Origin: Octopus sinensis
Lineage: Eukaryota
Assembly (NCBI RefSeq): GCF_006345805.1
Contig: NC_043012.1
Location: forward strand, 50,034,001 to 50,098,000
Length of the DNA: 64,000 bases
Reading direction: 5' to 3'
Made by a program: the position numbers and the translations under genes. Under the pieces are notes generated by a model. The model ran no database searches. It saw nothing but the letters and a program-made list of their open reading frames with translations, and was not told the DNA's origin. This document shows, in pieces, positions 52,698 to 64,000 of the stretch (positions within the stretch are counted from its first letter, which is position 1; the number at the start of each line of letters is the position of its first letter).

Positions 52698-53708
52698 ATT
52701 TATAGGGATTGCTCGATCAGACAGACATTCTGCTTCACTGATTTATCTTTTACCGGCAAAGCTGATTCCTTTAGGATTGAATGATGTAGACAAATATTAC
52801 ATAGTGCTGAGAGGATTCCAGCATCTAATATAAATGATTGAATTATATAGACGGAGACTGAAAACAAACAATTCACGAATATTTGAAAAAACAGCGTAAC
52901 AGTACAAAGTAGGCTGATACAAACGCGAATCTCTGGAAAGTAAATACGACCCACATGCTGATAAGATCAATACTAGTTGATACATATATATATGACAAAA
53001 AATATCCTTATACTTGGTCAAAGTTTTATACAGAAAATAGCACAACTAGGTACATATGTAGTTTACTCTCAAGACAACCACACACCCATAAACGAAATAA
53101 TATATGCAGTAGCTAAAGTAATTATAAAGGTAAGCTGGTACGCTTTATGATCTACTCATATCATAACTCGAGCAAACAATGTTGAAAGCAAACATACTGT
53201 ACAGAAAACAGAGAACAAAAGAAAAGATCGCTTAATCCTTAATGAAATGAGTAACGTAAACACGAGTTTGAAGGAAAAAGAAAAAGGAGTGACAAATACT
53301 ACAAAACTAATAATAATAATAGTAAGAGCAATGCTTGAAATCAAAGAACGACTGCAAAGAATCCATCGTTATGAGAAGCAATAACGATTCTCTTAAGCAA
53401 ACAAATATTTCGACTCCAAAACTAAAAGATTTAATCAAAAACTAGGTAAAGGAAAAATAATAATAATTCGATGTCACACAAACAGTAAGATACATATAGA
53501 ACTTTTTGTAGGCGTATAGATAGTGAAGAGATCGGATTTTAGAAATAGAATGTTATCAGAGCCATTGTAAATCGTAAAATTAAGCAACACATTTTTAACT
53601 TACTGAAAAACAAGAAACAACTATAAGGCTCACTGACTGGAAAGCTGTCGCAGGTTTTAACAAGTAACACTGATTTATCAAATCCCTAGACCCTTATAAC
53701 CAAAACCT

Positions 53709-53938
53709 ATTTCTTTACTGCCCACAAAGGGCTAAACACAGAGGGGACAAACAAGGATAGACACACGGATTAAGTCGATTATATCGACCCCAGTATTCAT
53801 CTGGTACTTAATTTATCGACCGCGAAAGGATGAAAGGCAAAGTCGACCTCGGCGTTATTTGAACTCAGAACGTAACGTCAGACGAAATACCGCGAAGCAT
53901 TTCGCCCGGCGCGCTTACGCTTCTGCCAGCTCGCCGCG
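53709..53938 (-). mobile_element. SINE-A, complete
   Basis: Head to tail match; 15-bp direct repeat TTATAACCAAAACCT at 53694-53708 and 54029-54043. Confidence 0.92.
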
Positions 53939-54415
53939 TTCATTCTTTTTTTTAACTCAGTGTCAACTGGGTTTATCAATCAAGTTGATTTAATCAGTGG
54001 ATTGGCAGATCTTGACAGTGCATCATGGTTATAACCAAAACCTGCCTACCTACAGCGGACACAACATTGACTGCAACATAGCTGGAAGCATTGCAAAGAC
54101 TTGTATTTTTCTAAAGATAAATTATAAACGAAATTATCAAGAGAATATATGAAAAATGGCATGCTTTGATCATGTAAAGACGTTTGACATTATTCACAAT
54201 GCAGAAATACTAGAAAGAGTAGCGATGAGCTAGGTAACATCAATAATGCATCAGTAGTGCGAGAGCAGAATTTTTAAATAAATGAATAAACTCAAATAAT
54301 TGATATTTCCGTCCAATTAATTAACAATAATTTTCTGTAAATAAAATCAAACGCGAGGATATTTAAACAAATATCAACAGTAGTGTCCTTTGCACTCTGT
54401 TATATTGTGTTACTT

Positions 54416-54559
54416 AAGGTGACGAGCTGGCAGAAACGTTAGCACGCCGGGCAAAATGCGTAGCCGTATTTCGTCTGCCGTTACGTTCTGAGTTCAAATT
54501 CGGCCGAGGTCGACTTTGCCTTTTGATCCTTTCGGGGTCGATTAAATAAGTACCAGTTA
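54416..54559 (+). mobile_element. SINE-A 5' half
   Basis: aaggtgacgagctggcagaaacgttagc head through ataagtaccagtta, then abuts SINE-B. Confidence 0.88.
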
Positions 54560-54724
54560 TTATTCTTTGTAAGCCTAGTACTTATTCTGTCGTTGTCTTT
54601 TTGCCGAACCGCTAAGTTACGGGTATGTAAACACACCAGCATCGGTTGTCAAGCGATGTTGGGAGGACAAATACAAACAAACACACACACACGCACACAC
54701 ACACACACACACACATACACACAT

Positions 54725-54770
<46 letters not shown>

Positions 54771-54928
54771 CAGGCTTCTTTTCAGTTTCCGTCTACCAAA
54801 TCCACTCACAAGGCTTTGGTCGGCTCGAGGCTATAGTAGATGACAGTTGCTCAAGATGCCACGCAGTGGGACTGAACCCCGAAACCATGTGGTTAGTGAG
54901 CAAGATACTTACCACAGTCACTCCTGCG
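54560..54928 (-). mobile_element. SINE-B lacking its 3' tail
   Basis: Begins at ttattctttgtaagcctag; head ends at cagtcactcctgcg. Confidence 0.88.
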
Positions 54929-55799
54929 TCTTCATTAGATTTCTCGCAATTTATCTCTAGTTTTTACTGTATTCGAGTTTGGTGCATATTTGATTATTCA
55001 TTTTGTTGTGAAGGTTATATAGATATTGAATTTTATTTCTATTGTTCCGTTGAAAATCTTATCGAATGTTATTTCTATAGTTCCATTGCGAAATTAGATA
55101 CCGTTTTGGCGGACTATTTTAGAGCGATATCATTTCCTAGTATCAAGTTGTCCGTATATTAAGTCATATGTCTGAGTAGTGTGTTTACATGTAATTAAGT
55201 ATTGAATTACTAAAGGAAAATTGAAACCCCACTCAGTCAGATGTTTAATCCACGCAGCATTTGCTTTCGTCAATTGTTGACCGTATTTAGGAATGGCATA
55301 ACATCTTCAATCGTACTCGAGAGAAATCGCAGAAGAACCTCACATCACCGACTCACAAAGTTGATATCTATTGTTTTCCGTCTCTCCCAAGTCGTTTGTG
55401 AGCGTTTCTTGTCATCGACTGTTAACCACCACACCACAGGATGTGCATAAATTTCGCTGTGGTTTACTAGAAGACCTTTGGGGTCAGGGGCAATATGTCT
55501 TTTTCGTCGTTCCCGGAGAAGAAATTTTCACTCTTTCTTATCAATAGAAACCTGTTAGTTTTCACCAAATTTTGCAGCATTTTCAGCGCGTTTTCTGTGA
55601 TTTCTCTTCTGTTATTTAAACAGAAGTGTTGGATGAAACAAAAAAATAATATTTTGTGTGGGATGAAAGACATGGCAGTTGAGAAAATAGCTGAAGGTTC
55701 AGTTAGTCGTTGTAATAGCGTAGCATCATTTGTTGTTGTTTCAGCTGATTGTGGCTGGGTTATTGTTGGTGTTGTTATTGTGTTTCCTCACCCCTCATT

Positions 55800-55921
55800 T
55801 ATTATCATCTCTGTTGTTGTCTTCTTCTTCTTCTTCTTCTTCTTCTTCTTCTTCTTCTTCTTCTTCTTCTTCTTCTTCTTCTTCTTCTTCTTCTTCTTCT
55901 TCTTCTTCTTCTTCTTCTTCC
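55800..55921. repeat. Pure (CTT)n microsatellite
   Basis: About 40 uninterrupted units; explains poly-F/S/L ORFs. Confidence 0.97.
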
Positions 55922-56199
55922 AAACAGGACTCACACCATTAGCCACAAAGAATAATCTCTAATTCGAGCCTACTCTAAGCGACTACGAATGCATGTGGCA
56001 ACTTGAAGATCCACCCACCACACGGTGGCACGGGCGCGAAAGCTACGTTGTTTTCCTCATTCCGTAAACGGTGGCTTTTAACGGGTGGAGAGCTGAACCA
56101 TCCTGGGGTACATAGGATTCGCAATCTAGACTAGGGTCTGAAAGTTTATCACACCATAGTGGGTTACACCATGTTCCCTCTGCTTTGTGGCAGAAGTAG

Positions 56200-56384
56200 G
56201 GAGAAAGAGTGAGAGAAGGTTGTGGTGAAACAGTACAGCTGGGTTCACCACCCTCCACCGCTGAAGCCTTGTGGAACATAGGTGCTTTTGCTCAATAAAC
56301 ACTCACAATGCCCGGTCTGGGAATCGAAATCGCGTTCTTACGACCGCGAGTTCAATGCTCTGACCACTGGACCATTGCGCCTCC
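56200..56384 (-). mobile_element. SINE-C head and body
   Basis: ggaggcgcaatggtccagtggtcagagc head, GATTTCGATTCCC B-box, family body. Confidence 0.82.
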
Positions 56385-57832
56385 CCTCTGTTGTTGTCGT
56401 TACAGTTATTTCTTGGCATGTATGTTCTGTTTTCCTTGCAGCGTTGTTTGTTGCGCTGATGATGTTACTGTATTTATCCCAAAACTTACCAATTTTAATG
56501 TGTGTGTCTATCTGGCAGGCAAAATTATCCCCATAAGATATCACCTACCAGGCACGTTTATACTTGTCATGGATGTCATCAATCGGACTATTGACACTTT
56601 TAATTAAGACATTTTATTTCAACCACAATCAATGTTGGTCGTGGGGAATCTATGCATCCACTCATTACGGAAGACATTAAACAATTTTGCAGAGAAAACC
56701 GAAGAAAAAGAAAATCTCATAATAAACCTTTCTACTATTAGAACAATACCTGAAACATTGCGCAAGGGGTTGATCGATTACATGGAACCCGGTACAGGAC
56801 TGCTACTTATATTATCGACCTCTAAAGATGAAGGGAACTGTTGACCTCAGCACAGTTGGACATTTTGGAGTTTAAAGAGCTAAAACAAATTCTGCTTGAA
56901 CGATTCTTGTCTGGGTAAAGTGTTCAAATAGTGCCATGTCTTCATATTATATTATAGACATACATGCTTTCACTGATTTGTAATATACCTTTCATTTAAT
57001 GGTGACGGCTGAATCCGGTATTAAAAGCACTTCGACAAGGCAACAAAACCTTGTTACATTCAAATCTGTATTACACTTTTTCCGCTAATTATTGAAACAT
57101 AAAGTTGACGTTACTTATAAGAATATGAGATATGATAATAATTGCTTTACCCCATATAATTGAAGTATTGTCACCGCACAAACATAAAACATGTAGAATG
57201 TACGCTAGTTAATCTCAGAGATCATATAAGCCTAAATAATTAGCTAATGTATGAAAATATCCCGTCAGTGACAGACAACTTACACATACAGAAATAGCAG
57301 AAATTATATCGCCAAGACCTACCACGGAACAACAGAATATGCAAAATAATGAGTATGTTGCAAGTAAATGCCAGATGGACAAAATAAGCGATACTAACGA
57401 TATCATTGATAAAACAAGCACAACCGGAGAAAATAATGGAAGAAGTATTAATAAGAAAAGGAAAATTTTCGGAGTAATTTTCTGGATGACTTCGCAAAAG
57501 TCAACGAGCAAGAAATAACAGATGTTAAAGAAGATACCTTGAAGAAAAGCATTAAAGATGTATTATCGCGCCTGTCAAATATCGACTTGTCAATGCTACT
57601 TGTTAACAATTAGCTCCAAACTGCTATAAAAATATGCGTTATGAGGAAAAAGTTATGTAGAAGATCGTATAATTAATCAAAATACAAAACTACGACCACT
57701 ATAATGGAATGTATAACTTTATAAAATACAGTAACACAGTAATTACTGAATAAATGTCATAATAGAGGAAGAATTTTTAGAGAATACGTCCATATTATGC
57801 ATGCATATATAGATATATACAGGCATGTGTAT

Positions 57833-58080
57833 ACTCTTCTACTCATTTACTGATTTACTTGTTTCAGTCATTTGACTGCGGCCATGCTGGAGCACCACCT
57901 TTATTCGAAAAAATCATCCCCAGGACTTAACTCTTTGTAAGCCTAGTACTTATTCTATCGGATTTCTTTTTTACTGAACCGCTAAGTGACGGGGACGTAA
58001 ACACACCAATATCGACTGTCAAGTAATGGTGGTGGTGGTGTGGGGGGACAAACACAGGCACAAATAAGAAACACATACAT

Positions 58081-58114
<34 letters not shown>

Positions 58115-58303
58115 TATATATATATATATATACATATATACGACTGGTTTCTTTCAGTTTCCGTCTACCAAAGCCACTCACAAGGCTTTGTTCGGCCCGG
58201 AGCTATAGTAGAAGCCACATGCCCAAGATGCCAAGTAGTGGGACTGAACCCGGGACCATGTGGTAGGGAAGCAAGCTTCTTACAACACAGCCACTCCTGC
58301 TCC
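57833..58303 (-). mobile_element. SINE-B
   Basis: Full family match. Confidence 0.9.
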
Positions 58304-59499
58304 TGTTTGTACACAGCAATTTAAAACTTTCTGGATCGTATCTCATACATTTCTAGCGTTCTTCCATTTGATTGTATACAAAATACGCATGAGAATATTA
58401 TGTAGTGAAACCAAAATGAGCCTTGTTCGTTTATTTCCATCGCTTATTGGAGACTCTTCATATCTCAGCTGTTTCCTAATTGTTTAAAGGAAACTGAATA
58501 TATCTTAAGACCGGTAGGTGTAAATCATTTTGGTCTAGCAGATAGAGTATCGTGATGTCATAAGGTACAGTGACAGACACTTTCTACTCAGTTATTAGAT
58601 TACCGTTTACTTTTTCAAATCAAGGAAGTTGTCCCTACTCAGTCACTTTAACTGCTAGACATAGCAGCCAACTTCACAAGGACGACAATATTTTGTTAGA
58701 ACTAAGTTTACACTGCAATGTGTACTCTTAAACAAAACAAAGAATAAATTATTACTTTTTGTACCGTATTCATGTATACATATTGGACTTTTGCCTCTGT
58801 TTTTGGTGGAAATGTCCAATAATCTAGCAAGTCAACAAAATACTGTTTCAGAGTGTAATATATTTTGGGGTAGTTATAGGTGATTATAACCATGAAAAAG
58901 TTTTCAACTTTGGTTCTGTTTCATTAGTGAATTATTATCCTCCATTAAAAATTTTAGTTTACTAAGGCTGAAAAGAAAATTTGCTACTTCTAAGATCTCA
59001 ATTCAGGCAGTGAAATGGGTTGTTTGTATTAATCGAGTGTGTCCGGAATTTTCTTAGTTTATACATCTTCATAAAAAGCAACGACTGTGAAAAGTTTCGT
59101 TAATTTAACAAATGATGGTCAGCATAATAGCCGAATAACTTAGATGTGAATGTATTAGTTTTAAAAAACAAATCGATTTTAGTTTCAAATTTACTTTTGG
59201 TGGGACAAGCTGTTACTGAGGATGGGTACATAATTTATTTTTACAACACTTAGGTTGTCAAACATTTTGATATATGCGTGTGCAAAATCTTCGCAATAAT
59301 ATTCACTATATATAATATAACACTGCAGTCATTTTGAAGCAAAGAATAGATATCAGCGTAATTATTTGCCTCCGTTAAGTAGAGAAGTATAATTCTTCCA
59401 GCAACTATACTTTACCAATACGAAATAATATAAAAACCCTGTTATCTACACTACTGATGTGATAATGCTTGATCATCCTCTCTCTCTCTCTGTCACTCT

Positions 59500-59540
<41 letters not shown>

Positions 59541-59681
59541 CATAGAAGGATGATTATCTCTAAGCTATATAATTTTTTAATGCTCTCAGCAAATCAAACC
59601 AGGAAATTTAGCTTCCTTTACAAAAAAATTAACTATAGCTGCTGTGAGCAAACACTAATTTTTTCTGATTATAGATTTCAT

Positions 59682-60574
59682 TACGTGGTCTGATCAATAA
59701 ATATCTGAAGTGTTGCCATAGTTAGGAAGCATAGTTAGTAATGCCGCTTGGTACATATTGACCTTGAAACCTGTTGTGCATACGCATTAAGATTTAGCGT
59801 TTTAGCTCACTTCAGCTCTTTACAACAGTCTTTGGAAGAAAGGTGTGTAGCATGTGAGTGTCTCATTGAACATGACAGAAAAAGTTGACTTGAGAGTCTG
59901 CATAAAAGTTTGCTAAAACGGCGGTGATTCCTGCTCAGAAGCCAAGGTAAAGTTTTCAAAAAGTTTTCATCATTCTCGACACAATGAAGATCTTGTGCAA
60001 CAGAAACCCGATCACGTTTTGGTCAGCTGAAAGCAATTTTGGCATAAATTTGGCAGGCACGCGTCTCATACTGAAATCTTCAGTGATAATGGACTGAATT
60101 GAACCGTAACTAATCTGCACATCCTCTGATAACTCGCGGATGGTGATTCAACGAATTCCCCTTACAGTTGTACGCACATCTGCTTGCAATGTTTTTCTCA
60201 GGTCTGCTGGTTGCGGGACTCCCAGAACGTTCGTCAATACCGACATCTTTTCGTCCATCTTGGAAACGTCCGAGCCACTCGTACACTTCTGTGCGGCTTA
60301 TATACTTCTCTCCCTGCACTTTCTGAAATTTGCGTTCTCCTCTGGGCAGGTATCGCCATAAAAAACTTTTTCTGTCATGGTCAATGCGACGATCACACGC
60401 TACACACCTTTCTTCCAAATAATGCTGTAAACAGTGAATGTGAGTTAGAATGTTAAAACTTAGTGCGCATGCACAACGGCGTTGAAGGTCAAATTTTGCC
60501 AAGGGTCTTTACTCTGCGTTCTTTAGCTTCGTTGCTATGGCAGCAATCCCGATACTTATTGATCAGATTTCGTA
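59682..60574. mobile_element. Mariner derivative built from two inverted 5' halves
   Basis: TIRs TACGTGGTCTGATCAATAAATATC (59682-705) / GATACTTATTGATCAGATTTCGTA (60551-74). Both arms continue with homologous 5' UTR and ATGACAGAAAAAGTT starts (59872 +, 60378 -). Minus arm encodes SRTEVYEWLGRF..GR.DV..DERSG and RRVPAKFMPKLL; plus arm MTEKVDLRVCIKVC*. Confidence 0.8.
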
Positions 60575-60829
60575 TATCTTAAAAAAGAAAATACTGGTTG
60601 TATTTAATGTTCTGATAAAATATAATTCCCTTTCAATTTCTCCTGCAATGAATCTCAACTATCTCTTAAGCGAATGATTGCCGATAAAGAAATAACAGTT
60701 AAGAATTCCAGAAATATGATATTGTCAAATATGAAGAGATCATTCACAAGTTTCGAAGCAGTTTTACTTCCAACAGCGAGGTCAACACAATTAGAATCAT
60801 CGATTCAACCTGTAAATATCACAACTAGC

Positions 60830-61181
60830 ATTACAACTAGCACCACCACCACCATCACAGCCATCACCACCATCACCACCAACACCACCACCACCAACAC
60901 CACCACCACCAACACCAACACCACCATCACCACCTTTACCACCACCACCAACACCAACACCACCAACACAACCCCATCAACGCCGCCGCCACCACTGCTG
61001 CTACTACTACTAAGACTACTACTACTACTACTACTAAGACTACTACTACTACTACTACTACCACTACTACTACTACAACTACTACTACTACTACTACCAC
61101 TGCTGCTGCTGCTACTGCTGCTGCTATTAATACTACTACTATTACTACTACCACCACTGCTGCTGCTACTGCTGCTGCTAT

Positions 61182-61216
<35 letters not shown>

Positions 61217-61348
61217 TCACTGCTGCTGCTACTGCTGTTGCTACTACTACTACTACTGCTACTACTGATGCTGATGCTGCTGTTGCTGTTGCTTCTACTA
61301 CTACTACTACTGCTACCACTGCTGCTACCGCTGCTGCTACCGCTGCTG

Positions 61349-61379
<31 letters not shown>

Positions 61380-61480
61380 ACCTCAACAACAACTACTACT
61401 ACTACCACTACTGCTGCTGTTGCTGTGTAATTATGACAATGATGACAACAATAACGATAACGATAACTAATAATAATAAA
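60830..61480. repeat. Large compound trinucleotide array (ACC, CTA, CTG, ATA)
   Basis: Direct reading; open in several frames on both strands. Confidence 0.95.
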
Positions 61481-61654
61481 TGAATCGAATAATGGTGTCA
61501 CCATCGGGACTGTAAATTCTCAAATCAAACTGAAAGTAAAGCAACTAGATTAGTCCTGGCGCATGGTTTATTGACTGAAAGATGTTACGAGTCGTTGAAA
61601 CCATTGGTAGGCAACTAAATGAGTGTGTAGCAAAAGGGGAAAGTACCGCTCTGG

Positions 61655-61689
<35 letters not shown>

Positions 61690-62015
61690 TTGATGGTGCT
61701 GGTGGTGGTGGTGATGATGATGACAATGATGTTGATGATGATGGTGGTAGTGGTGTTGATGGTGCTGGTGGTGGTGGTGATGATGATGATGAGGATGATG
61801 GTGCTGGTGGTGATGGTGATGATGATGACGATGATGTTGATGATGATGGTGGTAGTGGTGTTGATGGTGCTGGTGGTGGTGGTGATGATGATGATGAGGA
61901 TGATGGTGCTGGAGGTGGTGGTGATGATGATGATGATGATGTTGGTGGTGGTGGTGTTGCTGGTGTTGGTGGTGATGATGATGATGGTGATGATGATGGT
62001 GGTGATGATGATGAT
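61655..62015. repeat. (GAT/GGT)n array with a 105-bp higher-order duplication
   Basis: gttgatgatgatggtggtagtggtgttgatggtgct at 61731 and 61836. Confidence 0.9.
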
Positions 62016-62929
62016 TGCCTTGAACACTATTTAACATACCTGAAACTTTGTAGACTCGTAGTTACTGGTATTGTAATTCGGTGCCGCTTCGCCGCTGACT
62101 GAATGCATCAAGAATCGAAAGACATTCCAATTTTTCTTTTCATTTTTTGTATAGTACAAGACAATGTGCTCTCATTCTTCTAAACCTGATACGGTGAAAT
62201 TTCATGGAAATGTGGCAACAGCATATGTAGCGAGTCGAGTGATTATGCAGAATCTCCTTCATGTGCTTAATATATGCAGGGATTTCCATAATATATAAAG
62301 AAATACGAATAGAAGATATAAAAAAAAAGCATTCGTGTAACATTCTTGTTACTGTCCTAGTATGTACGCTTCAATAAATATTATGAGTCGCAATGCAGAT
62401 GCAAACCATATAATTTGTATTCATGGAACACATTTGAACGCATAAAAAAGGGGACAGTGAATGCAGTAGAGACGCATGAAGTTCAGCTAGGTGCGCCGGG
62501 AAAATGGATTGAAAAAGAAAAAAGAAAAAAAGACTATAAATAATAGAAAAAGTACAGACTACACAAAAAGGGGGCAATTACAACATTAATAAATATAATA
62601 AAACGATGCTGAGTTTTATGGGTCGTTCTTACTAACAGATTTATTTAACTATTATCATCTTTTTACGGGAGCAATCTAGATTCGTCCTTCTGATAGACAC
62701 ATGCGCAGTCCTCTTTATTATTGTCACGAAATAACGCAGTAAAATTAGGCATAAAGACACAACTCTATAGAAATAATTATTGGAATCTGCATCGAGGATC
62801 GCCATTTAAACCGAAGGAGAAAACAGTAAAAACAAGAAACAACTGCATCAAAGCTAGTACCGATAGACAAACCTTCAGTTATTCCACAACGCTATTTCTT
62901 ACAATAAATACATAAATATATATAATAAT

Positions 62930-62981
<52 letters not shown>

Positions 62982-63040
62982 GTCTATATATATATATATA
63001 TATGTATAATAATTATATATGCATATATATATATGTATAA

Positions 63041-63083
<43 letters not shown>

Positions 63084-63777
63084 GTGTGTGTGTATGTATA
63101 TATATACATATATATATGACAAATATATAAAGTTCGTGGAAGACACTTGTGCCAAGCAATAATACGTCAACAGCGTGCAGACACTAGCGTAATTCATAAA
63201 ACGTAAGCAAAGGACATGTATTTAATCGCCGCACATCGGTACACGTAAGAGTATTAGCTCGACATTCTTAGTTGGAATATAGAAATCGGCAACCGTCACA
63301 CACTAGAGTTTATTTCCAGCTTTCTTCGTGCCATCCACTTTCATAATTTTTTTCCACCGTTATAAAATTAATCAACACCACTCCCCTACTACGTCCGTTT
63401 ATCAGACAGCAAATAAGAACAAACAAGAACAAACAATTCAACACACACACTCGCTCGCGTACACATGCAATTTTATCACCACGACAACCAGGGCAAAACT
63501 CGACGCGCTCGGCACCATCAACACTTTAAGCGTAAAGGAAAACAATTATTTCTATTAGAATGGCATATCAGGAGATTCTGAGCAGACAAATCTAGAACAA
63601 TCTTTTTCTGCCCTCCATACCAATAACTTAACAGATTTTACACAATTTTTCTTTCGTTTGGTTTTTCTTTTTTTTTACGTTCACTCCAGATGACAAGATG
63701 TAAAAAAGCGAATTAGTATTACCAATTGCTCTGTAATGTTAATAATAATTTTTATTCATAATTTTACAAACAAATTA

Positions 63778-63835
<58 letters not shown>

Positions 63836-63844
63836 TGTGGACTT

Positions 63845-64000
63845 ATTTCTCTACTACCTACAAGGGGCTAAACACAGAGAGGACAAACAAGGACAGACAA
63901 ACGGATTAAGTCGATTATATCGACCCCCAGTGCGTAACTGGTACTTAATTTATCGACTGCGGAAGTATGAAAGGCAAAGTCGACCTAGGCGGATTTTGAA
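63845..64000 (-). mobile_element. SINE-A, cut by window end
   Basis: Tail and core match; head lies beyond 64000. Confidence 0.88.

Noticed and set aside
54060-54240. MACFDHVKTFD resembling the RTE RT F.DY.KAFD motif
   Set aside because: Single short degenerate motif; insufficient support without a profile search.
55230-55680. Possible decayed Tc1/maT transposase on minus strand (NFFSGNDEK, VVWW)
   Set aside because: Similarity too weak and no TIRs found by eye.
56440-56490. CADDVTVFI resembling the Tx1/L1 RT YADD motif
   Set aside because: No flanking RT motifs recognisable; a 9-aa match can occur by chance.
60674-61483. 269-aa ORF and overlapping long ORFs on both strands
   Set aside because: Stop-free trinucleotide arrays open in several frames; poly-T/P/L/S with no domain.

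Overview
AT-rich animal genomic DNA (intergenic or deep intronic) packed with di/tri/tetranucleotide microsatellites and transposable-element copies. The SINE repertoire looks like that of an octopod cephalopod (inference from memory, not a database match). I recognise no host-gene exon; nearly all ORFs in the track are microsatellite read-throughs. Real coding remnants are all TE-derived: a young 5'-truncated Penelope-like element (PLE; RT + GIY-YIG) at 23402-26547 whose 230-bp inverted terminal repeats each carry an intact type I hammerhead ribozyme, a second older PLE RT remnant, a CR1/L2-group LINE 3' part, a CR1 3' stub, an R4/Dong-like remnant and several Tc1/mariner derivatives. Three tRNA-derived SINE families (called SINE-A, SINE-B, SINE-C here) occur in many copies. 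The most interesting observations are: the PLE ribozyme pair with an unusually long stem II, SINE-A multimers enclosed by one target-site duplication, a LINE whose 3' end matches the SINE-B tail with a compensatory stem change, and a mariner derivative made of two inverted 5' halves. Coordinates were read by eye and may be off by a few bases, more for old diverged copies.
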